Positions 52,088-62,782 of a stretch of DNA of 64,000 bases are shown here, one piece after another. The notes under the pieces are model-generated. The model saw nothing but the letters and a program-made list of their open reading frames with translations, was not told the DNA's origin and did no database searches. A program made the position numbers and the translations under genes. The DNA lies in contig CAWCMR010000025.1 of NCBI GenBank assembly GCA_963796685.1, positions 352,001 through 416,000 on the forward strand, given 5' to 3'. This stretch comes from an uncultured delta proteobacterium (GTDB lineage: Bacteria > Myxococcota_A > Polyangia > Fen-1088). How positions within the stretch are numbered: position 1 is the stretch's first letter; each line of letters starts with the position of its first letter.

Positions 52088-53572
52088 GAAAGAGCCTCCG
52101 CGATCACTCCCGTGGTGTCGGGAAAGGAAACCGTTCCGGCCCCCATGGCCTTGGCCAGGGTCAGGTAAATGTCCGTGGCCGGACGGTTGTTGGTGGCCGC
52201 GGTATCGGGGCTCGTGGTCTGCGAGCGCACCACCTGCCCCGTCTTGAGCGCGCCCCCGCACTTGCCGATGGTCACCAGGGGAAGGTTGGTCGGCACCTGC
52301 GGGTATTCAATCTCGCTCAAGCGGGTGTGGTTTTGCCCGTCGCCGATCTCGCTCATCCAATAGATCACGGTGTTGTCGAGCACCTTGCTTCCCGGCGCGG
52401 TGGGATCGTCCGTGGTCGCCAGCACACTGACCACGTTGTCGACCAGTTGCTGCGCGAACCAGCGTTGCGCAGTGGCAAAGGCTTTGCGCGGGGCGGGATC
52501 GTAGTTGTCGATACTGACCGGCGAGTTGTACTGGGCGGTGGACACCGCTTGCGGCGAGGTGTGCGAAAGGCCGCTGTGGTGCGATCCCGGCGCGCCCGCG
52601 AAGCCGAAGTCGAAGTCGCACGTGGCGAACATGGGCATGAGCCCGATGATCTGGGCCGCGTTGCAGATGAGCGCCTGGGCCACCAGCTCCAGCTGGGCCT
52701 GCAAGATCGTCGGAAAATTCTTCTCTTGGTAGAAATAGTCGTTGCCGCCGCTCGGATCGACGACCAGACCCGCGCTGGCGGCCCGAACCTTCTCTACCGT
52801 GGGCAAGGTCGGGCGGGTGGTGCAGGTCGATTGGCCCGAGCCATTTCCGCTTCCCGAAAGCACGCCCTGGACGGCGTCGAGGTGCGCTTGCAGCTTCGTC
52901 TGTTCAGAGGTCAACCCCGCAAGGCTCGACTGCAAGGTTTGGATTTCCGAAGCCGTCAGCTTCAGGAGATCCTGCCTCAGCCTGCACATCGGCATTGACC
53001 ACCGAAGCTCCGCCAAAGAGCGTGTCCGCGACCTTCACCGGATTCTTCTGGGGATCGATATACGACCCGTTCCAAAACAGCTTGCCGTTGGTGTCGATGC
53101 CGTACGGCAAGTGTGAACAGGCGCCAAGGATCAAGGGATTGATCTTGAGCGCGCTCCCAATCACCTGCTCGAACGTCGTGCGCTGGGTGGTGTCGTCGAC
53201 GATCTGCAGGCCGGAGAGGCAGTTGACGATGCCTGAATGGCTTGCCGCCGCTCCCCGGTACTGAAAACCCTCGTAGACGTTGACATAGGATTTGTACTGC
53301 TGAAGCGGCCCCAGGATGCTGACGTTCGACTTGTCGAGATCGAAGCTCGTCAGGTCGGAGCCCGCGACTCTCGGGTTGTAGTGCTCGGGCGCAACGCCGT
53401 GGGGCATGAAAAACACGAAGAGACGCTTGGCGGGGGTCGTGGGCGCCGCCACCGCGACGCGCGCCAACCGGCCTGCTGCGGCGAGGGTGAGCCCCGCGCC
53501 CATCGCCTTCAAGAACATGCGACGTTCCACGCCACGGCTGGCGCGCAGCATTCTTGGGGATTCTTTGGGCAT
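52084..53572 (-). CDS. DUF1552 (HXXSHH-family) Tat-exported protein; frameshift near 52981
   Basis: Tat motif ERRMFLK, KRLFVFFMPHG, SHHSGLSH and VLDNTVIYWMSEIGDG..H. The two ORFs join by removing one G. Confidence 0.82.
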
Positions 53573-53818
53573 GGGATGGCTTTCTTCGACGGCCCACCCG
53601 AAGAAGCCAAGGCTCGCCCCGCGAGATCACGCGATCAGAGAACCCGGGGTAGAGATTCCAAAACGACTTCTCAGGACGCCGCCAACCGGGGACCAAGCGA
53701 GTACAAGGGAGACCTTGGGATGCACGAAGGCGGCTAAAGGTAACCGCAATTCGCGTGGCCCCATGGGCACCGGTCCAGTAGGTTCCACTCCCACCTGCCC
53801 CTGGCACCGCGATCGAAG

Positions 53819-54985
53819 CTAAGGCCCACAGCCAATGGGCGTGGTGGAGAGCGCCACATCGTCGATCCACAAATCGGTTTCCACGTTGCTGAAGCTCTGC
53901 CAGCCGAACACGGCTTGCACGAACTTGCCGCTGAGGAAGGTAGCCCCTGCGGCCTGGTGCTCCCATTGGTCCGGCGCGGTGACGGAGAAGACCAGGGTAC
54001 CGTTGGCATAGGCCAAAACCTGGTGCTGAGGCAGATCGCCGAGAAACGCGACCTCGACGCAAACCCAATCGTTGGCGGGGATGACCTGGCCCTTGCCCCA
54101 TTGGGTGTCCACGGGGGAAATGTCGTCGGTGGGGACTTCGTTGACCCCGAGGGTGCCCTTGATCTCCCCGAAGCGCACCTCGTTGTCCGCGCCGCTTGGA
54201 TTCTTGCGCAGCACGAACAGGCTTTCGTGGTTGGACGTGTTCGGGTCGTGCATGCCGAGCGGCCGGGTCATGTACACGAAGGCGCGCATGTAGAGGCGCG
54301 TAAGGCCCGTGGGCAAGGTCTTGCCGATCTGCGCGGGCGACGATCCGCCGTGCACGTGGACGGACTTCTTTCCGCTGTGTGCGCGGGTCTCGTCCACCAA
54401 CGCCAGGGTCGTACCGCTGGGGTTCTGTCCATTGAGGTTGTAGGCGATGAACGCGTCGAAACCACCGGGGACGCTGCCCGTGGTATCTGCTTCGAAATCA
54501 TCGCTGAAGAACGGGGTCGGGCTGGCGCCGCCCGAGCCGCCGGCGCTCGATGCACCGCCAACGCCCGCCGCACCGCCGCTGCCCGCCGCGCCACCGCTGC
54601 TCGGTGTTCCGCCAGTGTCCGTCGCGCCGGTGCTCGTGCCAGCCACACCTCCATCGCCCATTACACCGCCAGTGTCGGTCGTACCGCCAGCGCTCGTCGC
54701 GCCGCCAGTGCCAGTCACACGACCAGCGCTCGTCGCGCCGCCAGTGCCAGTCACGCCACCAGCGCTCGTCGCACCGCCGGTGCCGGCCACGCCGCCCGTG
54801 ACCATCGCGCCGCCGGTGCTCGTTGCCCCGCCGGCGCTCGTCGCGCCGCCAGCCACGATTTGGCCACCTGTCCCCGACAGGCCGGCATCGCGCTTGGAAG
54901 AGCTCGATTGGCAATCGGCTGCCAACGCCAAGCCGAGCAGCAACGAGGCTCCGCCGTAGAACCTTGCGCTTCGTGAGCTTGCCAT
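53819..54985 (-). CDS. Cip1-like (polysaccharide-lyase-like jelly-roll) lipoprotein
   Basis: Signal with Cys, a G/T/A linker, FFSDDFE, AHSGKKSVHV, LYMRAFVY, EVRFGEIKG, WVCVEV and LWIDDVALS..PIGC. Confidence 0.7.
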   Translation of the reverse strand: MASSRSARFYGGASLLLGLALAADCQSSSSKRDAGLSGTGGQIVAGGATSAGGATSTGGAMVTGGVAGTGGATSAGGVTGTGGATSAGRVTGTGGATSAGGTTDTGGVMGDGGVAGTSTGATDTGGTPSSGGAAGSGGAAGVGGASSAGGSGGASPTPFFSDDFEADTTGSVPGGFDAFIAYNLNGQNPSGTTLALVDETRAHSGKKSVHVHGGSSPAQIGKTLPTGLTRLYMRAFVYMTRPLGMHDPNTSNHESLFVLRKNPSGADNEVRFGEIKGTLGVNEVPTDDISPVDTQWGKGQVIPANDWVCVEVAFLGDLPQHQVLAYANGTLVFSVTAPDQWEHQAAGATFLSGKFVQAVFGWQSFSNVETDLWIDDVALSTTPIGCGP

Positions 54986-55102
54986 CGCGAAAGCATAAGC
55001 GGCGCCGACGAGGTGCCAAACGGAAAATCGGACCTTGTCGGGTCGATTTAACGCCGCACGACTGCTAAACCAACCACTTCGGAGTGTCCTTGGGAGGATT
55101 CG

Positions 55103-56173
55103 ATGACATGCGCTTCCCTGCCTTCGCTTCCAAATGAGTCTCGGTGGAGGCCGCGCCTGGCGCGCTGCCTGGCAACAGCCGCGTTCGCCGCCTCGCTGGC
55201 AGCGTGCAGCAGCAGCCAACGTTCGGGAGGCACAGGCGGTGCAAACGAATCGGGCGGCGTGACCGGCACCGGCGGCTCGACGAGCAACGGCGGCACCTCG
55301 AGTACCGGAGCAAAAGACGGGATGGGCGGGATGACCAACACCGGAGGTTCGTCCAGCGCCGGCGGCTCGACCAATACCGGCGGCTCGACCGGCACCGGCG
55401 GCACGACCAGCACCGGCGGCACGACCGGCACCGGCGGCACGACCAGCACCGGCGGCACGACCAGCGCCGGCGGCACGACCAGCACCGGCGGCACCTCGGA
55501 CACCGGTGGAAACAGTGGATCCACCAGCAATGGCGCATGTCCCCCGGATGCCTTCTTCTGCTCTGGGTTCGAGGACGCGACCCTGCCCACGGCAGCCACC
55601 TATGTCTCCAATCTTTCGACCCCGGTCGAGGTCGTGATCGACTCGACCGTTCACAACACCGGAACCCAATCCGTGAAGGTCAACCCAGGCACGAGCTACG
55701 TGTACCGCATGCTGTCCGTTCCGGCCGCGAAGTCCTTCTGGTTCCGCGCGTACATGATGACCGACGTACCCATCGATCAGAAAGCGACGGTGCACGAGAG
55801 TTTCATGGGCGCCAACTGGGGCCAGGACAAGGGCGTCGACATCGTGCAGGAACAGTGCGAGGTGGCCGTCAACATCAACGACAATCCCGTGCTCGGATCC
55901 AACGGCCAGAACCCTCCCATCACCTGTCCCGCGGACGGCCAAAAGATCGCCGCCAACACCTGGTACTGCTTCGAAGGTTCTTTCGACGGCAGCACGGGCG
56001 ATTTGGAAATCTTCGTCGACGGCGCATCCATCATCAAGGCCAGCGCAGTTCCGCAAGCCAAGCAGTCGTTCACCAATTTCCGGTTCGGCTACGTGGAATA
56101 CAATGGGACGAACCGCACGGTGTGGTACGACGATGTAGCCACGGCGCCAACCCGCATCGGCTGCCTGAAGTAG
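55103..56173 (+). CDS. Second Cip1-like lipoprotein, divergently transcribed
   Basis: Lipobox LAAC, TGGTTS linker repeats, FFCSGFE, FWFRAY, WYCFE and VWYDDVA....RIGC. Confidence 0.65.
   Translation: MTCASLPSLPNESRWRPRLARCLATAAFAASLAACSSSQRSGGTGGANESGGVTGTGGSTSNGGTSSTGAKDGMGGMTNTGGSSSAGGSTNTGGSTGTGGTTSTGGTTGTGGTTSTGGTTSAGGTTSTGGTSDTGGNSGSTSNGACPPDAFFCSGFEDATLPTAATYVSNLSTPVEVVIDSTVHNTGTQSVKVNPGTSYVYRMLSVPAAKSFWFRAYMMTDVPIDQKATVHESFMGANWGQDKGVDIVQEQCEVAVNINDNPVLGSNGQNPPITCPADGQKIAANTWYCFEGSFDGSTGDLEIFVDGASIIKASAVPQAKQSFTNFRFGYVEYNGTNRTVWYDDVATAPTRIGCLK
55376..55495 (+). repeat. 18-bp coding tandem repeat (TGGTTS/G linker)
   Basis: ACCGGCGGCACGACC(A/G)GC repeated about 6 times. Confidence 0.75.
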
Positions 56174-56208
56174 CACGCGCCTTCACATCATCATGCAATA
56201 ATCGGTCT

Positions 56209-57327
56209 GTGCTCGCTTTGCTCGTCCTGCCGTGGCTGCTCGCCGTGAACACGGCGACGATGGAAAAGAGCGTGTGGCTCCTTCAAGGCACGGGTTGGGA
56301 ACGCGAAGAGACCGCCCTGCTCTATGCGCTGCGTATCTACACGCGCGATCTGAAGGTCCCCATCACCATCAGCGTGATTCCCTCGCAAGGCGAAACGCGC
56401 GACGACCAGCAGAAGGGCGCGAAGAGCCGCTGCGCCCTGGATGCATCCCTCGTGGCCTGGTTCACCAGCGACCAGGCCACCCCCCAGCTCTCGGTCCTGC
56501 GCTGCGCTTCGGGCGAAGAATACCGGCTGCCCCTGGTGCCCGCGCACGATCGCGAGCTTGCAGCCCAGACCCTGGCGCTCAAGATACGCGGCCTATTGAC
56601 GGAGGTCACAGCCAGCGAGACGGCCGAAGCTGAGCTGCCGCCGGGCTCCGGCCAGACTTCCCAGATGAAGCCCAGCCCCTGGAAGGATGACGCCGGGACG
56701 GGGCGCCTCGGCGACAATCCTGGCCGCCCGAGCCCCGCAAGGGCTCTTCCGTCGTCCGTGAGAATCGGTCGAAGCGAGGAAGAGGGACCGGCTGCCGGCG
56801 CGCGAACGCAACGGCCCCAGGCTTTGGAGGGCGGCCTCGACTGGCTCTACGGAGCGACCAATTCTTTCGCCAGGACTCGCCAGGGGCTGCTCTTGAGGCT
56901 GGCCATCGTATCGAAACGGCTGCCGCTGGCCGTAGAGCTGGACGGCGCGGTCGTCACGTCCGTCGCGAACGAGGTAGGCGGCTATCAGCTCACGGTCTCG
57001 GAGAGCCCCATCATCGGGGTCGCGCTGTCGGCGAGGTTGGCCGGCCCTTCGTGGACGCTCTCCATCGGGCCGCGAATCAGTCTGCATCGTATTTCGGCGG
57101 AAGGGCTCAGCCCCGACGGGCGCACAGGCTCGACCACGACCGCTGCCGTCGGGTTCGGGGCCCTCGAGCGTATCCTTTTCAAGGCTTCCGATAGCATGAG
57201 CCTCGGGCTCTCGCTCAGCAACGAAGCGCTCGTGCCACGTCAGCGATTCACCCTGGACGGGCGAACCCGATTCGACGTGGGACGCTTCCAGTGGGCCTTG
57301 TCGGCCGGCGTCGTCGTGCACCCATGA
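56209..57327 (+). CDS. Exported protein with probable C-terminal outer-membrane beta-barrel
   Basis: Hydrophobic N-terminus, Pro-rich linker and alternating beta strands ending WALSAGVVVHP. First gene of an overlapping 4-gene unit. Confidence 0.55.
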   Translation: MLALLVLPWLLAVNTATMEKSVWLLQGTGWEREETALLYALRIYTRDLKVPITISVIPSQGETRDDQQKGAKSRCALDASLVAWFTSDQATPQLSVLRCASGEEYRLPLVPAHDRELAAQTLALKIRGLLTEVTASETAEAELPPGSGQTSQMKPSPWKDDAGTGRLGDNPGRPSPARALPSSVRIGRSEEEGPAAGARTQRPQALEGGLDWLYGATNSFARTRQGLLLRLAIVSKRLPLAVELDGAVVTSVANEVGGYQLTVSESPIIGVALSARLAGPSWTLSIGPRISLHRISAEGLSPDGRTGSTTTAAVGFGALERILFKASDSMSLGLSLSNEALVPRQRFTLDGRTRFDVGRFQWALSAGVVVHP

Positions 57328-58025
57328 ATAGGCTGAACAGCAACCCATTCAACGTTTTGCCACCTGGTGGTACTAATAAGAATGTGAGGGCCGAGAGAGA
57401 TCCCCATGCGTGGACGGCCTCAGGTACGGGCGAAAGGCCGTCCTGGGTCGCGGGCTGCTGCGCGCACGAGCCGGCGGCGATCGCGGCGATGTTCAGGGAG
57501 CACTGCGACACGGTCGAGCGGATGATCCTGAGGCTCGTCGGACCCACACCGGATCTCGAAGATTTGGTCCAGACGACCTTCGTCGAGGTGATACGAACGA
57601 TCAACCGCTACCGGGGAGAGGCCAGCTTCAAGACCTGGATCACCAGCGTTGCGGTGCACGTCGCCCAGCACCACCTGCGTGCAGGACGCTTGCGACGTCA
57701 CGCGCCTTTGGAGATGGTCCCGGAGGAGCGCTTTGCGTCGCCCGCACCCGATATCGAGGCGCAACTCGACGAGCGGCGGCTGTCTGAACGGCTCTACTCC
57801 CTGCTCGACAGGATACCGTCGCGCCAACGGGTCGCCCTCGTGCTCTTCACCATCGATGGGCGGCCCGTGGAAGAGGTCGCGGCCCTGACCGGAGCGAGTC
57901 AGGTGACCACGCGGTCGCGCGTCTTCCTCGGGCGCAGGGCCCTGCGCGCCCTCATCGACGCCGATCCGGATCTGTCCCAGATGGCCGAATCCATGCTGGG
58001 CGGCGGACGGGAGAAGCGGGCATGA
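57324..58025 (+). CDS. ECF RNA polymerase sigma factor
   Basis: DLEDLVQTTF, YRGEASFKTWI and VEEVAALTG...T.RSRV. Alternative start GTG 57384. Confidence 0.9.
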   Translation: MNRLNSNPFNVLPPGGTNKNVRAERDPHAWTASGTGERPSWVAGCCAHEPAAIAAMFREHCDTVERMILRLVGPTPDLEDLVQTTFVEVIRTINRYRGEASFKTWITSVAVHVAQHHLRAGRLRRHAPLEMVPEERFASPAPDIEAQLDERRLSERLYSLLDRIPSRQRVALVLFTIDGRPVEEVAALTGASQVTTRSRVFLGRRALRALIDADPDLSQMAESMLGGGREKRA

Positions 58026-59431
58026 CCTCCTGTCGCCGAATGCGGGCCGCCATCATCGCTGTGGTGCGACGGCAAGCCAGCGAGGCGGAGCGGCTTTGCC
58101 TCGAGAAGCACCTGACGACGTGCCGGTCCTGTCGAGCGGAGAAGGCCCGTTGGCTCCTCATGGAGAGACTCGAGCAGCCGGACCCACCCAGGCTCTCGCA
58201 GGATGCCAGGGCGCGAATCCTGTGCCACGTGACCGACCTGCCCGAGCCCGAGGTCGTGGAGGAGCGAAAAGCCCGGCGCCTCATGCCGGCGCTGGCAGGT
58301 GGCACGCTGGCGGTCGCGCTCGCGGTCGCATTGCTGGTGGTGCTGCCCGGCGGCCGTCGCTCTGCCGCCAGGCTGGCTGGCCACGGCGGCAACGACCGTG
58401 CCCAGCCAGCGTCTCCCGCCATGGAGCGGACGATCGCCATTCGAGCGAAGACAGCCGGCACCCTCGATGCGGGCCGAGCGCATATCCTCTATGAAGCCGG
58501 AGCCGATCTGTGCGTGCAGCCCGGTGGCCGCGAGGTCGAGCTCTTTGCCGGCGAGATCGATGTCGAGGTCGCGCCCGGCGGGCCACGATTCCGCGTTCTT
58601 ACCCCGCGCTTCACCGTCGAGGTCCTCGGCACACGTTTCATCGTCAGGCTCGATCGCGTCCAGACCATCCACGGGGTGGTGCGCGTGGCCGAGCCGGACG
58701 CGGCCGGTGCACGGCAGCTCGCCCTGGTGCGAGCCGGCCAAGTCTGGATCTGTCCGGATGCGTTGCCGGGCGCCGAGCTCGCTTCGCCGACCGCGCTCGA
58801 CCCCAGCCGCGGGGGGGCGCCTGCGCCCCGGCCGAACACCGATTTCCAGGCTTCCACCGCGATCCGCGATCAGGGCCGAGGCCAAGACCTGCCCGCAGGG
58901 GTCTTGCTGGCCAGCGAAGCCTCGCCTGCCACGGAGTCGATGCGGGCAGTACATGCGCCACCCTCCGAATCGGGTGTAGCGGCCGAGGGTGCGCACCCAT
59001 CCGAAAAGGCGATGCTCGCCAGGCGAGAGATCTCGGCAGGCCCGCGCGCCCGTTCCGTCGACGAGCTTCTGTCGGACGCGCGCGCAGCCCTTGCCGCCGG
59101 GAACATCGGTCACGCGCGCGAGTGCGTCGCTTCTGCCCTGCGGGCAAGACCCAGGCCTCGGCAGCGGGCCATGGCCGAGTTGCTATCGGCCGACACCATG
59201 CTGGTCGAAAGCCGATACGACGACGCCTTGACTGCCTACCGCAGCATGATGGACCGGTTCGCCAGCTACCCCGAAGGTGAAACAGCGGCGTTCGCGCTCG
59301 CCCAGCTTCTGTCCGAACGGGGTCCGCAAGATCGGGCGCAACAGGCCCTGGAACGCTATCTGGAGCGCTACCCTGCGGGGCGTTTTGCCGCAGAGGTCGA
59401 AAAGAAGCTGGCCAATACGACTCCCCAATGA
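58022..59431 (+). CDS. Anti-sigma factor: zinc finger (HxxxCxxC) + TM + FecR-like + TPR
   Basis: HLTTCRSC, a TM helix, VEVLGTRFIV and YLERYPAGRF. Confidence 0.85.
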   Translation: MTSCRRMRAAIIAVVRRQASEAERLCLEKHLTTCRSCRAEKARWLLMERLEQPDPPRLSQDARARILCHVTDLPEPEVVEERKARRLMPALAGGTLAVALAVALLVVLPGGRRSAARLAGHGGNDRAQPASPAMERTIAIRAKTAGTLDAGRAHILYEAGADLCVQPGGREVELFAGEIDVEVAPGGPRFRVLTPRFTVEVLGTRFIVRLDRVQTIHGVVRVAEPDAAGARQLALVRAGQVWICPDALPGAELASPTALDPSRGGAPAPRPNTDFQASTAIRDQGRGQDLPAGVLLASEASPATESMRAVHAPPSESGVAAEGAHPSEKAMLARREISAGPRARSVDELLSDARAALAAGNIGHARECVASALRARPRPRQRAMAELLSADTMLVESRYDDALTAYRSMMDRFASYPEGETAAFALAQLLSERGPQDRAQQALERYLERYPAGRFAAEVEKKLANTTPQ

Positions 59432-60378
59432 CCCGCACGCTGCTGGTCCTGTGTTTGCTGGTGGGCTGCACGGAATCGACGGAGCTGTTCCAACAACACA
59501 AAGACGCGTCCTCGGCTGACGGTGCCGCAAGGCCGGAGCACGACTTCTGTCCCACCCGAATCGACGTGTACGGGGGGATCAACATGCAGCTGGCAGGTTG
59601 TGGCGGTGCCGCGCCGACGGACGCGACCCGCGAGAAGGGTTACTTCTCCCCCGGAGCACCCGACTATGACAGCACGGTGGCCGGCCGCTTGCTCGCGCGC
59701 CTGACCGATGACCCGGATCTGGTACCGATCTTCGGCTCGACCTGGAGCGTCCGCTCGTGCGCCGGCCCAGGCCAGACGCTGTCGCAACTGACCCCGCCTC
59801 TTTCCGAAGACGATTGCGCGGTCGATGGGGGCACCGAGGGAGGCACCTGGCAGACGAGCTGTGTCGGCGATCCCGCGCCCGTGTTGTTGTTCTCGGCCGG
59901 GATGCTCGACGATCTTTGTCACGGTGGCGGACCGGATTCGAGCGCCAAGGACGATCCGGCAACCTACGTTCGCCATTACGCGCAGCGAATGGCGTCCTTT
60001 CTGGCCAGCCGCAAGCCGGGGTTGGCCATGGTGGGTCCCCTCACGGAATGGACCGAAGCGCCCCCCTACACCGACAGCACGCCGGCGACATGCGACTGGC
60101 CGCGACCGCAGTGGGACGAGCAAGGCCTGCAGGCCTGGGTCGAATCCGCATCCGGCGCGCAGGGTGTCGCCGTCGATGTAGAGATCGTCCCTGACCTTCA
60201 CGCCGAGTTTCGCGACCACGGCAAGTGCTGCCAGATCCTCGACGGTTCCTGCTCCACCAACTGGTTCAGCCACGATAGCCAAGAGGTCGCGAGCTGCGAC
60301 GGCGCCCAGGCCATCGTGGATTTCTGGTACGCCCGACTCAAGGCCGCGCTGCTGGCACGGGACTTCGTTTGTCCATGA
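59428..60378 (+). CDS. Cys-rich lipoprotein, possible degenerate SGNH fold
   Basis: Lipobox LVGC and an ATGA overlap with the anti-sigma gene. LFSAGMLDD resembles SGNH block III. Confidence 0.6.
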   Translation: MTRTLLVLCLLVGCTESTELFQQHKDASSADGAARPEHDFCPTRIDVYGGINMQLAGCGGAAPTDATREKGYFSPGAPDYDSTVAGRLLARLTDDPDLVPIFGSTWSVRSCAGPGQTLSQLTPPLSEDDCAVDGGTEGGTWQTSCVGDPAPVLLFSAGMLDDLCHGGGPDSSAKDDPATYVRHYAQRMASFLASRKPGLAMVGPLTEWTEAPPYTDSTPATCDWPRPQWDEQGLQAWVESASGAQGVAVDVEIVPDLHAEFRDHGKCCQILDGSCSTNWFSHDSQEVASCDGAQAIVDFWYARLKAALLARDFVCP

Positions 60379-60476
60379 GGTGTTGACGTCCAGAACGAGA
60401 CCGAAAAATACGCGCCCAGCGTTCAACGCCCGGGCCGCAAGAGGCACCAATAGGACAGCAGCATTGAGGTCGACGA

Positions 60477-61298
60477 ATGGGAAGCGAGCCCATGGCCAAT
60501 CAAGTCCCCACGGTGAGCGCGGGTTTCTCCGAGCCCGGGCTTGACCATGCCGACGCGGCAAACTCGGCGTCGGAAGGCGCCGTCTGCGCGGCGCGGTCGG
60601 CTCCCACGAACGCGGATCACGGCGGTGACGAAGCGTGGCGCCTGTGCGTCGATGACGAGGTCACCGCGGTGGTGCCGAGAGGCTTCCCCGGACGCTTCTA
60701 CGGGCACAGGCACGCGTGGCTTCGGGCCATGACCCTGGTCGGAATCGCGGCCCTTGGTTTCGTTGGGATGGGAATTGCCAACGCCGTGAAGGCGCGCCAC
60801 CGGGTGTCCCCGAATGTCGTCACTGTCCGCGCTCCGACCCCGCCTGCGAAAGTCGCCGACAAGCCGGCTGCGACGGCAGACGGGCCGTCCGTCGCCAAGC
60901 TCGGCGGCGAGGCCCCGATCCTGGCCGCCGTCCTGCCGCCACCTGTGCGCAACAAGACAGACCTTGCCCTGTGCCAGGCGGCGCTGACGAAGAGGCGCAC
61001 GACTGCGATCGAGCGGAGCTGCGAGCACGCTCTCGAGGCCGACCCATCCCTGGCTACGCCGATCCTCGCGTGGGCGATGCGGGAGCTCGATCGGGGCAAC
61101 CTGCCCCTTGCGGCGGCCTGGGCCCGCCGCGTGCTGGATGCCGACGATGAGCTGGCGGATGCATACCTCATCGTCGGACTCGCCGAGCAGGAGGCGAGAC
61201 ACGTATCGACGGCCAAGTCCGCCTACCGACGGTACCTCGAGCTGGCGCCGAGGGGCCGGTATGCGCACGACGTGCGTTCGAGCATGGTGGCGCTTTGA
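60477..61298 (+). CDS. Membrane-anchored TPR protein
   Basis: One TM helix and a C-terminal TPR (ADAYLIVG...AYRRYLELAPRG). Confidence 0.75.
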   Translation: MGSEPMANQVPTVSAGFSEPGLDHADAANSASEGAVCAARSAPTNADHGGDEAWRLCVDDEVTAVVPRGFPGRFYGHRHAWLRAMTLVGIAALGFVGMGIANAVKARHRVSPNVVTVRAPTPPAKVADKPAATADGPSVAKLGGEAPILAAVLPPPVRNKTDLALCQAALTKRRTTAIERSCEHALEADPSLATPILAWAMRELDRGNLPLAAAWARRVLDADDELADAYLIVGLAEQEARHVSTAKSAYRRYLELAPRGRYAHDVRSSMVAL

Positions 61299-61346
61299 GC
61301 AGTGGAGGTTGAATCTTCCCCTTTTTCTCCCCTCGCAGGAGCTTAG

Positions 61347-62418
61347 ATGTCCGATCGCAAAGCCGGTTCACGTATCATCCTTTCCGCGGCATCGCTCGCG
61401 TGCCTCGCCGGCTGCCAGGGTAACGGCGCGGTGGGCGGCCTTTCCGACGCGGGCCAAGGCGCGCTGCCGGATTCGTCCATCGTCCTTCCTCTCGATGCGG
61501 GATCGGAGGATGCGCCACCCTGCACGCCCAGCACGAGCTGCACGTGGGGCCAGTGGCAGTACTGCGGCGACATCGGCGACCGCTGCGACGGCACGCTCCA
61601 TTGCGGCGCCTGTCCCGCCGGGCTTTCCTGTGTCGCCGTCGCGCAGCCCGTTCCCCGCGACCGCGAATTGGAGCCTTGCCGGCTCCCCGCAGGAGGTTCA
61701 GGAGACACGCTACTACCCCGGGCCCGGAGGCGACCAGGCCATTCCCCCTCCGGTGATTGCCGAGGTCAACGCCGGCTTTGCGAAAGGCGCGGGCTTCGCC
61801 GAGTGGCTGCTCGACATCGGGGCAGCTACCCAGACCGGCGGGGTCACGACGATTCCCATCCACAATGTCGCGCACGTCGCTGACAGCGTGATACCAGGGA
61901 CAGACGCGGCTCCCATCAGCCAACTGTGGCTCAGCTCGCCGCTGGCCTGGCGGCAGTTTGCCGGCACGACGGCTGTCGATTGCACCACCAGTCCGGAATC
62001 CAACGCGAGCTGTATCCAGCAGCAGTTTGCGCACGAGCTCAGCTTCAACACCCCTGTCGGCTCGCCCGTCGATCAGCAGTGCGGCCGGGTCGTCTTCAGC
62101 GGTTTCCACGTGAACCAGCCCGCCACCGGCACGACCCCGGAATACTGCACGGGTCCGATGACGGCTCAAGAGAAGGTGCTCGAGTTCATGATGCTCGACC
62201 TGGCCTCGTGCATCGGCACGGGCACGCCTCCGCCCGTGATTCCGCCGCCAGCGACACCGCCGCCGCCTCCTCCGCCGGCACCGCCGAGCCCATCGCCGCC
62301 GCCGCCGGTCACCACGCCGCCCGTAGCGCCGCCCTCGGCCGTTCCTCCCCCGCCTCCGCCGCCTCCCGCGGTGATCCCGCCGCCACCCCCGCCGCCACCC
62401 CCGCCGCCGATTCCGTAG
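61347..62418 (+). pseudogene. Cys-rich lipoprotein with poly-Pro tail, internally deleted or frameshifted near 61650-61700
   Basis: N-terminal LAGC lipobox and CG.IGD.C.G.L.CG.C repeat. The C-terminal FNTPVG...QCGRVVFS.FHV...EKVLEFM..DLASC is in another frame. Confidence 0.6.
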
Positions 62419-62497
62419 CCGGGCCGCGCGCAGTGCCCCGCGGCCCACGTGGTGCGGGATCTGCTCCCGGCGCATCAGATCCCGACATGGCTCGACC

Positions 62498-62719
62498 TTA
62501 TCGGTGGAGGAGCCCGAACCGCCGCAACAGGAGCCCGGCCGCGATCAGCAGCAGGACCACGGTGACGACGTTGCCCAGCACGCGCCGGGTGCGCGAGGCA
62601 GGGCGGGCGGGCTCCTTCCCGGCCATGCCATGGGCGATGGAGCGGAACCCGCCGCGCAGCGAGGTCAGGGATCCGCCGCTGCTCTTGCCGGTACGCCGGC
62701 GACGTCGCTTGCGTTCCAC
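62498..62719 (-). CDS. Small basic membrane protein
   Basis: Arg-rich N-terminus and a C-terminal TM helix. Confidence 0.55.
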   Translation of the reverse strand: MERKRRRRRTGKSSGGSLTSLRGGFRSIAHGMAGKEPARPASRTRRVLGNVVTVVLLLIAAGLLLRRFGLLHR

Positions 62720-62782
62720 AGCCGAGATTTTAGCACCAACGCCTGGTGAGGAGACCGGCGAGTTGAGGCCACGGGCCGACGA

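Noticed and set aside
53819-56176. Single 785-aa ORF
   Set aside because: Its first half is antisense to the 55103-56173 gene. The real gene probably starts at 54985 with a signal peptide.
62421-62446. GC hairpin as an intrinsic terminator (also 8546-8569)
   Set aside because: A stem is present but there is no U-tract on either strand, so it is too weak to call.
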